This document shows, one piece after another, positions 39,544-51,539 of a DNA stretch of 64,000 nt (within the stretch, counting starts at the first letter, position 1; the number at the start of each line of letters is the position of its first letter). Made by a program: the position numbers and the translations under genes. Source of the DNA: Eledone cirrhosa (Eukaryota); assembly GCA_964016885.1 (NCBI GenBank), contig OZ024747.1, positions 33,914,001 to 33,978,000 of the forward strand. The letters run 5' to 3'. The notes beneath the pieces were generated by a model. That model searched no databases. It was not told where the DNA came from and was given only the letters and a program-made list of their open reading frames with translations.

Positions 39544-42500
39544 GTGTTACAGAGGGTGTGGGCAAGAGAAGGAAACACACAGAGACAACAAGTTTCTATA
39601 AAAGAAGTTGACAGAGAGGAGGTTAGAGAGAGAGAGATGCTGTGTTTGATACTGTATGCATATGTGTGGAAATAAGAGGGGAAGGAAAGCAATAACTATT
39701 AACATGTGTGCGTGTGTTCCACAGAAAGTAAAAACTATCAATATGTGTGTGCATGTGTGTACGTGCATGTGAGCATGTGTGCGTTTGCGTGTGTGTGTGA
39801 GTCTGCATGTGTGTGCACGCTTGCATGCGTGTACCCATTTGCGTGCGTGTGTGCGTTTGCATGCGCACGTGTGTGTGTGGGCGGCGTTCCACAATCACCA
39901 TTTATTTCAATCACTCTTGTGAAGATATTCATGTAACGTTCAGTCATTTTTCCATTTAATCCTCATTTTAATTTTCAAAAAAGTTTCTGAGAAAAATGTT
40001 CTCACCCTCTTCAAGAGGAGACGGGGTAGATGTAGACGATCAGTATTCTACTGTGAAGCAAAGATGAGTACAGGTAGCCAGAGCAAGGTCACTAGAGTCC
40101 CCAGCACAACGACAGAAAAGACATGAAAACGACAGGAGGAGAGCTGCTGCACACAGGGCCAGTGAGTCACAAGAGGCAAGGGAAAACAGTTAGAACAATT
40201 ACGTCAACAAAATGCAACCCACAGGAGCCAAGAATCAAAAATAGAAAGAGAAAAATGTTTAACGGATGCTAGACAAAGTCAAGCTGCCAGAGTTACCAAT
40301 GGGGCGTAAGCGTATTGATCAAGAAAGTGGTGAATACGTTTGACAAAAGAGTTGCATTTTTCAAGGGAACTTGGAAGAGATCAGCTTTCAACTATGATCT
40401 AAAACATGATTATTCTACAGAGACATTGACTGATTTTGAAGAAATGTCAAAAGAGTGCAATTTTTGTAAAGGAAAGAAATGGGAAAGAGAAACCACTACT
40501 ATGTGTTGTGATGGAGGAATGGTTGTTTTACCGACGTTTGGTACACCTCCAGATACTTTGAAGGCATTGCTTTTAGGAAACACACCAAGGAGCACGTATT
40601 TCTGAAAAAGCATTAGGAATTATAATCCTGCTTTCCAGGTGACATCCTTTGGTAGCAATATTATAAGAGAAGGGAACATGAAGCTAACTTTTAAAGTTTA
40701 TGGTCAAATAATCTTCAGTTTTCACAGCTATATTTTGTGGCAAATTACAAGGAGCAGGCTTTGCAACGTTTATTTAACCTTCCAAATTTGAAAGAAGAGT
40801 TAATCTTTGATTTGCAAGATATGTTGCATGCAAAGAATAGCTACATCAGAAGCTTCAAGTGTGCATTAGAAGCTGCGCCACCCACTGAATACAAGATAGT
40901 TATTGATGCAGAGAAAAAGCCTATTCCGGAACACAGAGGCCACAAACATGCTCCTACCCCAAACGAAGTAGTAGCAATTATTACAGGCAATGAGTATGGG
41001 AAGAGATGTTATTCAAGGAAGAGGAAATAAGATGCAGAGGATAAATGCTACAAACCGATCATATCACCCGATCATATGATACTCCAGTAGCTATTAATCT
41101 GTGTATTTGGCCAAGATGGATAAAGAAAAAACAGATCTTAAAACAAGAACTCCTGCACTGACAAAAACAATAAGCTGCATGGAATTCTATGTTTACCTTT
41201 TCATATTAAGAAAACAAAACTTCAATATTCTTTATCGTTCATGTGAGCGCTTCCACCAATTTGCAGTTGATATGTATGCAAAAATTGAAGGAGAAAGGCT
41301 TCTTTACATTGGAACACATCATAAAGATCTCTGTGCACCAGACTACATTCACCTGAGAGATGCAATCAGAAATGAAGGAGCGTTGGCTGCTGATAACATT
41401 GGACAACTTTGTGTTATTCTTCTATCAAGCTTTACAGAAAGTCCACGGTATATGCATGAGCATACCCAAGATACACTTACATGTCAGACACTATGGTCGT
41501 CCAGACCTCTTCATTACATTCACATGTAACCCAGCATGACATGAAGTAAAGAGTGAGCTTTATCATCATCAGGAACACAAAGATTGCCATGACATTATTG
41601 CTAGGATGTTCAGAAAGCTGATGAATCTACTAAAAAATGGTGAAGTCTTTGGACCAATCAAATGTGACATGTATACGATGAATAGCAAAAATGAGAATTG
41701 CCACATGCCCACATTTTGATTTGGTGCCATGAAAAACTTCAGCCAAATGATTTTGATCTATTTATCTCTGCTGAACTACCTGATCCACAGCAAGATCATT
41801 TACTGCATGAAATTGTCAAGTCCCAGATGTTTCATAGGCCCTGTGGTTCAATTAATCCATCCTCCCCATGCATGAGGGATAATAAGTGTACTACCAATGT
41901 CCCTTTGTACAAGAAACCTAAACTGGAGAATATGGCTACCCCCTTTACAAGAGAGGAAAATCTGGGCATGGTGGATTCACTTTGAAAGAAAAAAATGAGA
42001 AATGGGCAAGAATTCATCATTGACGATCGGTGGTTTGTACCCTATTGTCCTCTTACAAAAGTTTTCAAAGCCCATATCAATGTTGAATTCTTCAACTCTT
42101 TTAAGTCTATTAAGTATGCTTGCAGATATATAAACAATGGTTTAGATAATGCAACATACATTCCTATGCAGAATGGCAGTCAGCAGATAAATAAAAAGAC
42201 AAAGTTGCACAGTATGAAAGAGGAAGATACATCAGTAGCAATGAGGCATTTTGCTACATCTCCAATTTTCCCATTCATGAGAGGCACCCAGTCATCATTC
42301 ATCTCAGTGTCCATCTAGAGAATGGCAAAAGGGTTATCTTTACAAAACAAACAGCCTTCCAACTAGCACTTTCTCCAAAATAAACTACCTTTACTGCCTT
42401 TTTTAAGTTGTTTCAAGAAGATGAAGGTGCAAGAAAACTCCTTTACCTAGAATTACCCAACTATTACACCTGGAGAAACAATAAATGGCACAAGACGACC

Positions 42501-44454
42501 TTGCAAGAGTTTACAGTGTCCACCCAAGCCAAGCAGAATGCTACTACTTACGGCTCCTCTTGCATGAAGTACTAGGTCTCAAATCATTCCAAGATTTAAG
42601 GCGGGTAAATTGTCATGTGTGTGAAACTTATAGGGAAGCATGCTATCAATAAGGTTTTTTAGGAAATGATGATCATTGGGACCTTGCATTGACTGAAGCA
42701 TCAGTGTCAGGTTCTCCAAGGAAACTTCATAACTTTTTTGCAATTATGCTGAACATGTGTCAACTTGGAAGTCCCCTACAGCTTTGGATGAAACATCGTG
42801 AGGACTTGGCTTAGGGTTTAAAGTATGCAGTTCAACAGGCAAATCCAGATATCAATATTCAGTTCTCTGAAAAATGCTTTAACCAAGAACTGATTTAAAT
42901 TGAGGATCAAGTTTTGGCAAAAGTAAGCAAAAATTTGCAAGAGTCTGGTTCTGGACTGCCAAAAACAAACCGTCAAATTAGTGGTTTAACTTCAAGAGAC
43001 ATAGCAAGAGAGAGAAATTATGACATCACAGAGTTGGCTACATTTCTGAATGAACATGAACCTATACTTCTTCCAGAACAACGCTGGGCATATTATGAAA
43101 TCCTTTTGTCAGTCAGAGAAAAAAGAGTGGAAGTATTTTCTTTCTTGATGTTCCTGGTAACACAGGTAAAACATTTGTAACAACATTGCTTCTCTCCAAG
43201 GTAAGGCAACAAAAATGAATTGCAGTTGCTGTAGCATTGTCTGGCATTGCTGCCACCCTTCTCCCAGGAGGACAAACAGCTCATTCTGCTGCTAAATTAC
43301 TGCTAACCCTGGTCACAAATGACAGTCCAACATAAGCAAAGGTTCATGTTCAGCAGAAGTGTTGCATCAATGCCATCTGATCACTTGGGATGAATGCACC
43401 ATGTCACATAGATGTAAATTGGAAGCTCTTGATAAGACCTTACAGGACATAAGAGGCAACAATAAATATATGGGAGGAGTTACATTAGTTTTATCAGGAG
43501 ACTTCAGACACACATTGCCAGTCATTCTGAGAGGAACAAGAGCTGATGAAATAAAAGCATGCATTAAGTCTTCGCACCTATGGGATAAAGTACAGAAATC
43601 CTCCTTCAATACTATCATGCGAGCTTTATTACATGGAGACCAATGTGCAGAATAGTTTTCAACCCGACACCTTCAACTAGGAAATGGAGCAGTACCAATT
43701 GATGGGTATAGTGATATCAATTTGGCTCATATTGCTATCATGTTGAATTCCCCAGCTGAATTGAAGAACAGGGTATTTCCAGAGTTCAATAATAATTATA
43801 ATTCACTTAAATGGCTGTGTGAAAAGGCAATTTTTGCTCCCCCAAAATGAGCCAGTAGCAAGGATTAACCATGAATTAATGAATACAATTCCAACAGTCA
43901 TTAAGGAGTACAAATCAGTTGATTCAGTCATTGATGAAAATCAGGCTTCCTTAATTCTCTTGAGTCACCTTGAACTCCTTCACATAAACCTTTTCTGAAA
44001 GTAGGAGTCCCAATAATGATTCTAAGAAATTTAGATCCTACTAAATTATGCAATAGGACATGCCATTTGAGTTCAAACACAATTCCCAGTATGACTTTGC
44101 TTCGCAATGTCTATTAAACTTTGAAATCTACTCTGCACATAATTGAGCCTTGCTTTTCTCATGGGCGAATTTATGTTGGTTGCTCCTGTGTCGGTAGTTT
44201 ACAAGACTTATTTGTCTATGTTCCAAACGTAATTTCCTTCAACATATCTGATAGAATTTATCTCCCTTCATAATATCGATAAATTTTGTATTTTCGTTTT
44301 TTATTATTATTATTTTTTTTTGTATTATGAATTCAGAATTGATTTTATAATGTATCGCAATTTAAGATAAATTTCTATACAACATATTTTGCTTTTTGCT
44401 TCTAATATATAAGTAACAATTTCATTCCGGGGAAACCCCAGGTACCTTTGCTAG
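39150..44454 (+). mobile_element. Helitron, autonomous-type RepHel pseudogene, near full length
   Basis: CNFC..CCDGG, FHQFAVDMYAKIE, SPRYM, HUH motif LPHAHILIW, Y2 motif KSIKYACRYIN, Pif1 motifs GKT/IAATLLPGGQTAHS/WDECTM/GDFRHTLPV. 3' hairpin ccggggaaaccccagg then CTAG (44451-54). Many stops and frameshifts; 5' end approximate. Confidence 0.92.
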
Positions 44455-44460
44455 TACATA

Positions 44461-44804
44461 TATCATCATTTCATCATTTCATTTTACGTCCGCTTTACCC
44501 TGCTTGCAAGGGTGGTACGGGAACTGATTCTGGCTTGATTTCTACAGCTGGATGCCATTCCTAACACTAACCTCATTTACAGTGAGTGCTGGGTGCTTTT
44601 TTGCCGTGGCACTTCCACGACCACTTTAAAGTGGAATGATATGGACCCCAGTCCCTATCATCTCATTTCTACAGCTGAGTAAACTGGAGCAATGTGAAAT
44701 AAAGTGTCTTGCTCAAGGAAACAACACATCACCCAGTCTGAGAATTGAACTCACAACCTTTCGATTGCAAGACCGATGCTCTAGCCACTAAGCCATGTGC
44801 CTCC
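44461..44804 (-). mobile_element. SINE family 2, full length
   Basis: Reverse complement of the 17377 copy. Confidence 0.88.
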
Positions 44805-45063
44805 ATATATTTATATATATGTACATATCAATATATATATATATGTAAGTATGTATGTATACGTTCATACATATATGTATACAGACGTACAGTAGTATGT
44901 ATATATATACACACATGCACACATATATATATATGCACGTATCGGTTTACCGAACATTTATTATAATGCTCGGTTTGTTTGTTTGTAAACAGACAAACAG
45001 CCCGAATTACGCCGTACAGTGTTTAGGCAACCACGTCATTTGTTGTTCAACACTGACACAGGA

Positions 45064-45106
45064 ACGCTGTACTAGTTTCAAGCTTATTAGCTATCGTCAG
45101 CATCGT
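45064..45106 (-). ncRNA. Type I hammerhead ribozyme, family A
   Basis: acgatg CTGACGA tagct-aata-agctt GAA ACTAGT A cagcgt. Confidence 0.82.
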
Positions 45107-45460
45107 ATACCTTCCTGCCAGATGGTTGAACGTCTGCAAACGTTTACAAACAAACCGAGCATTATAATAAATGTTCGGTAAACCGATACGTGCATATATA
45201 TATATATGTGTGTATATATATATACATACTACTGTACGTCTGTATACATATATGTATGTACGTATACATACATACTTACATTTAAGTAAGTGCCGTACTA
45301 AGAGTGAGAAATGAAATTTCGTTTCATTCTATTCCATTTATCGATTTCGGTGTGCCCGGCCGACTGAACTCACTCGATATGCAAATTAGGCTGCTCAGCC
45401 GTTAATATGCATAAGGAAAGTTTATACTTTCAGACGTTCAACCATCTGGCAGGAAGGTAT

Positions 45461-45503
45461 ACAATGCTGACGATAGCTAATAAGCTTGAAACTAGTACAT
45501 CGT
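45461..45503 (+). ncRNA. Type I hammerhead ribozyme, family A
   Basis: acaatg CTGACGA tagct-aata-agctt GAA ACTAGT A catcgt. Confidence 0.82.
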
Positions 45504-45752
45504 TCCTGTGTCAGTGTTGAACAAAAAGGTGAGGTGGTTGCCTAAACACTGTACGGCTTAATTCGGGATGTTTGTTTGTTTACAAACAAACCGAGAATTA
45601 TAATAAATTCTCGGTAAACCAATACGTGCATATATATATGTGTGTATATACATACTACTGTACGTCTGTATACATATATGTATGTACGTATACATACATA
45701 CATTTAAGTAAGTGCCGTACTAAGAGTGGGAAATGAAATTTCGTTTCATTCT

Positions 45753-45812
<60 letters not shown>

Positions 45813-46034
45813 CACACACACACACACGCACACACACACACACACACACACATATACTATATTATTTATTTATGTCCATATATGGAACAAGGCACTTCTA
45901 TGACAATTTCACCAGATTGTAAGAATGATCAAATTTGTGTCCAGGTCATCAGTTACTTGCATGAGTTATTGTTAAAATTATAAAGTTTTCCTTTATTCTT
46001 TTTCACATCCCCTATATCTTTCTACATATACATA

Positions 46035-46960
46035 TCATCATCTTCACCATCATCACCATTTAATATCCAATTTTCCAATGCTAGCGTGGGTTAGATGAGT
46101 TGTACTGTTGAGAGAAATGCCAGGTCAGGTGACCATGTCTTGCTCATACATAACTAATTTTGGCTTAGTTTCTACAGCTGGGTGTCTTTCCTAATACTAA
46201 CCACATTTAAAGTGAGTACTGGGTGTTTTTCGTTGTGACACCTACGCAACCACCTTAGAATGTGGGCTGGCTGATTTTTGTTGTGGCATCTACATGACCA
46301 CGTTACAGTGTGGTTTGGGTGCTTTTTGTCATGTCACCATCATGACCACTTAACAGTGGGAAAAACATTTTGTAGCTAGCAGTGATAGTAACTGGCCTGA
46401 ACTTCTTCCATCCCATCCTCATTGTGACTACTGTTCTTTCAGAAAACCGAACTTACACAGGTAGCAGAATGTCTAGTGCTTCTATCAAACCTTCCTGTTT
46501 CCACCTGAGAGAATGGAGAAGACATTGCTTTGCAAGGTGCCAAGGGAGATGTGCAGCAACAGCCACTCCTCCTCATGTGGATCGCAATTGCAGGTAGTCT
46601 GGTTTGCTCAAATAGTAGTGATCAGGGATGTGAACCAAGGGCCAAGAACACCAGAAGTGTCCAGTGACACAGGCTTGACAACAAATCTATCAGAGAACAG
46701 CTGATATTTGTACAATTTGCCCTCTTTGATCAGGGGTGCCGCAGAACTTGGGCTGGTAATTAATATCCTCCTGTCTTCTTTTGTTGCATGTAAACTACTT
46801 GGTTTTTATTACTCCTGCTGCAGCAAAGCCATACTTAGAACTTGGGGCTCCGGGGGCAGTTCGGGTTTGGGAGACCTAGGAATGTTCTTTGAGGGTGTCC
46901 TGTTTGACAAGGGTTGCCCCGGTTATTCACCTGCCTCCTACTCCCCTATCCCACCATCCC
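46035..46960 (-). mobile_element. RTE-type tail plus decayed LINE fragments
   Basis: (cat)n, ctagcgtgggttagatg, ctacagctgggtgtctttcctaa and ~45-bp subrepeats; similar at 19530-19870, 29740-29975, 57767-58070, 58920-59215. Confidence 0.55.
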
Positions 46961-47779
46961 TGATAAATTAAATTAAATTTTTGTTTTTACTCTGCACTGA
47001 TCAAAATGACTGATTGACAATGCTCTAGCTCTGATGAATTCATCATTTTCAGAGAAGGTTTGTCTTTTTAAACGAAAAGTCTTTTCAAATGGATGGCCCA
47101 AGACCTTGCTTTTAAAAATGTAGCTTGCTGCAAAACAAATAAATGAAAATTATTTTTAATGAATGTAAAAAAATACAAACTAAAATCCAATGCAACATAT
47201 ATTTGATAAGGATATAAGTGTGTAATACTTCTCTCTAGCTTTAATTATTTATATTTCATAGGCAAAACTATATAAACTGCTTTTTTAATACATTTATTTT
47301 CGCATTGTGCCTGAACGTCACTAAAATATTATATTTAAATATGCCATGAGTAAAACAAATTCATGAACTATTGACTTCAATGCTTTTTACTGGCTTCTAG
47401 ATAGACAATGTAGGTTTCTTATTTACTTTTGTATAAATGTAGTTATTCTTGCACTACATTGTGAGAGATAAGAAAACTGAGTAATGTCAAACGTGGTGGT
47501 GACAGAATTATTTGCACTGCAGTTTGTTCATGAAAACAAAAAAAATAAATAAATAAAATAAACTCTTGATTGTCATATACAATTAGAAGTAGTAATATTT
47601 GCTCTCTACTTCCAAGAAAATAATCAGTTGTGTGATATTTTTTTTCAAGAGCATATATAACATAATGGAATGGAAAACTTTTACTTTCAGAAATGGATAA
47701 CAAATCTAATTATAAAAATATGAAAGTGAAATAATATCACACTCTACTCGCTGGCTGTTGTCCTTAACCACACACACAT

Positions 47780-48102
47780 ATGTATGTAAATATATATACA
47801 TATATAGACTTACATGTATATATACATCCATACATATATATTTATACATACACATATATATATATATATATACACATATATACATACATATATATATATA
47901 TACATATATACATACATATATATATATATATATACATACATACATATATATATATATACATATATACATATATACATACATATATATATACACATACATA
48001 TATACATACATATACATATATATACATATATATATATACATATATATATACACATATATATATATACATATATATATACATATATACATATATATACATA
48101 TA
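47780..48102. repeat. Compound (TA)n/(TACA)n microsatellite, representative of many such tracts (e.g. 14520-14825, 27920-28040, 59545-59860, 61605-61815)
   Basis: Directly visible; source of the spurious YIYI ORFs. Confidence 0.95.
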
Positions 48103-48759
48103 TAGTGGCTGCCAACTCGTTTTCGAGTACGGCCACTACTTTATATCCATGTAGGAGAACTCCTACCGATACGCTGAACGAGTGTGACTTTTTAGTCCAG
48201 CTAGTGACTTGAAAACTCTGGTACAAACACTACACTTGTGACAATTATTGACACATAGTGCTGGGCCCATGGTACCATGTGACGACAAGTGCAGAGAGAT
48301 CTACAGATATAAAGCAATGCCTGTGCCGCGGGTCAATTAATTTTTTCAATAATTTTAACCACGCGTGAAGAACTCAATTGGATATGAAAAAAATAAATAT
48401 ATGCATGTATTATTTATACACGTATATAGGTATTTTCTTAGGCTAAAAACAGAGACAATATACCGGAAGAACAATCAATATTCCATACAAAGAATAAATA
48501 CGGAAAGTCATACCTAAAAAGTATCTGGAAATATTCATCCCTGGCCAAATCAAGAGTATAATATTTAATACATTAACAGAGAGAGCTTTAAGCAATACTA
48601 CGACCGGCTTCCGTCTCACTCAACAAACTTTAGGATATACCTTAGTATAATCCCAATTATACGTTTGGGGTGCTAACTATACGTATTTTGCGGATAGCCA
48701 GTTGTATTATTTTATATGAGACATAATTAAAATACATATATATATATATTTATATATAT

Positions 48760-51450
48760 TTTGAAAAACCTAAAATAATCAACCTTTCAAATACAAACTT
48801 CTCAGCCCAATAAATTTAAATTCTCTCCAAAGGACTGAAATTCACACCAACACCATAATACTCTAACCTGAATGAGATAAATGACGATATCTCACACATC
48901 TGTAGAAAATTACGTCTCACAGAAGAATCTTTTGACAAGGAGAATAACGACCAATCAATTGTATGGAATAAAAGCAGCTACAACCCAACAAAAGGTAGAA
49001 ACAGAGTTCTGGACAAATTTTGTGACCACATAGCTAGTTTCCCATACTATGAACTACCTCAACGTAAACCCAAACCCAACACGAGTCGAAGGGAATGGGA
49101 GATTATCCATGAACTACAAAACAATACGGACATTATAATTAAGGAAGCGGACAAGGGAAGTACTGTCGTCATTAAGGATGCTGAACAATATAAACATTGT
49201 ATGTTCTCTCTCTTACAAAATACTAACTACTATGAAAGAGTAAAAAACTACCAGCAATCAAAAACGATGACCAGATTAAACACATTCATTTGCCGATACC
49301 AGGAAGACTTAACTAAAAAGGAGCGCGATTATTTAACACAGTTTGAATACAAAACCAGCAACCTTTACGGACTTCCGAAAATCCACAAGTGTAAAATAAT
49401 TAACGATGCCTGTAAACAATCAACCTCAACCTGCGTGAACACACAATACCCCACAGACCTTAAATTAAGACCAATTGTAGCGAGCCTACAATGTGAAACA
49501 CACAGACTAAGCAACTTTATAGACATACTACTAAAACCAATTCTCAAACACATACCAAGCCTTGTAAGAGACGATCTGCACCTCTTAAACCACTTCCCCA
49601 AACATGTCAAAAACAACACTATTATTGTGTCTTTCGATATAGTGAATCTCTACACAACGATCCCACACCAATACGGACTAGAAGCAATAGGATTCTGGTT
49701 AGAGAAATATCCCAATGAGATACCTGACAGAATAGAATAAACCTTCATCACCGAGGGATTACAATTTATTTTACAGAACAACTTTTTTGATTTCGATGGC
49801 AGCACTTACAAGCGGGGACTGCGATGGGTACAAAAGCCGCTCCAACTTATGCCAACTTAGTCATGGCATACTTGGAAGTCCAGATATATGAACAGTCCAA
49901 ATCAAAATACGGATTGAACTTCCACAAATATTTATCAGAGAATTGGAACGATACTTGGATGATTGTCTCATTCTTTGGCCTCACACACTCGACCAACTAA
50001 ATGATTTCAAAAATTGTATTAACGGCATCAATAACCACATCCAATTCACAGTGGAATACAGCCAAGATCAACTCCAATTTCTGGACATCTTAATCTTAAA
50101 AAAAGACACAAATTTTGAAACTGACATACACTACAAACCAACAGATTCCAAACAATACCTGCTATTCATCTCCAACCATCCAAAGCACATGAAGACGAAC
50201 ATCCCTTTTAACCTAGCAAGAAGAATTTGCACAATTGTCTCCAATTATGAAACGCGAAATAAAAGACTTCAAGAATTAAAGGAAATTCTACTCGAAAGAC
50301 AGTACCCACCATTACTGATAAATAATGGCATAGAAACGGCTAAAGCAATAGGCATTGATGAATTACGAAAACAGAAACAAATTCAAGGTACGTCCAATAT
50401 TCTATCATATATCTCAACACACAACCCAAGAAATGCGGAAGCTTACAACACTATTCACAAGAACATCCCACTATTGAAACAAGACCCAAGAATTAAAAAA
50501 AGCCCTTGAAACACACAAAATAATCAAAAGCAAAATACAACCGAAATCACTAAAAACATTACTCACCAATGCCAAATTACCTACCACAAACCCACAACCA
50601 ACTGTCAAAAAATGTGGTCGCTCTAATTGTGGAACCTGCACTCACCTCATTGAAGGCAACGCGTATACATTTCAATCAGGACAAAATTTTGCTGTAAAAA
50701 ATCACTTTACTTGCTCATCAAAAAATCTATTTTATGCCATTAAATGTAAAGGATGCAGTGAAGATTATATAGGACAAACTAAAGTCACACTCAGAAACAG
50801 AAGACAATTCATTGCCAACAATTACGAGACCCTACCACGAGACAGATACCACTAAGTGCACATCTAGACATATGCGCAAATAATAAGACACCAAAATTCC
50901 AAGTCTTCCCATTTTATCTTTGCGCTGACAATACAACCGACGAAATACGAATAAATAAGGAAAATATGTTTATTCAAAAATATAGACCAGCATTAAATAT
51001 GGTTTAATATACATTATGTCAACACCATAACATGCTTAGCACACACCCCCCACACACATAACTCCCTCCTCCATTTCTACTAACAGAATCATTTTCCTAC
51101 ACACACACAGACACACAAAAAAATATATATTCTCTCCATATTAACATGCTAACCATACTCTCACACACATATACACACACACATAACATCCATACACATA
51201 CACAACTCCCTCCCACATTTCTTCTAATAGAATCATCTTCCTACACACACACGCACACACACAAACAAGCACACAGATAAACATACATATCTCTACTTTC
51301 TTTATTTCAATAGAAAGTCTGAATTCTAACACCCCAGCGAACCAGCCATATTCACTGAACCAGAACAATTCTCCCCATCCTATTTTTCTTGACCATTATC
51401 TTTTGTTTGGCACAAAATTATCTAAAAGGCTACAAAATAAATTCCCAAAT
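48760..51450 (+). mobile_element. Penelope-like element 2 (Neptune-type), 5' truncated
   Basis: LSKGLKFTPTP, IIKEADKG, YGLPKIHK, SFDIVNLYTTIP, GTAMGTKAAPTYANL, RYLDD, CGRSNCGTC, NLFYAIKCKGCSEDYIGQT (GIY-YIG with CCHH); coding ends ~51005. Confidence 0.93.
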
Positions 51451-51539
51451 ACGGGCGCGATATTTAATGAATTTGTTCACGTGACAGTCATAATTTCATT
51501 TATAACCAATCAAATTACATTTATTAAAAAAGAGCCTAT

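Larger units (their letters stand above)
44835..45755. repeat. HHR family A, locus 2: inverted partial copy plus ~1.4 tandem monomers (~436 nt)
   Basis: Minus 44835-45140; plus 45141-45755, with tttacaaacaaaccgag at ~45143 and ~45579. Confidence 0.9.
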
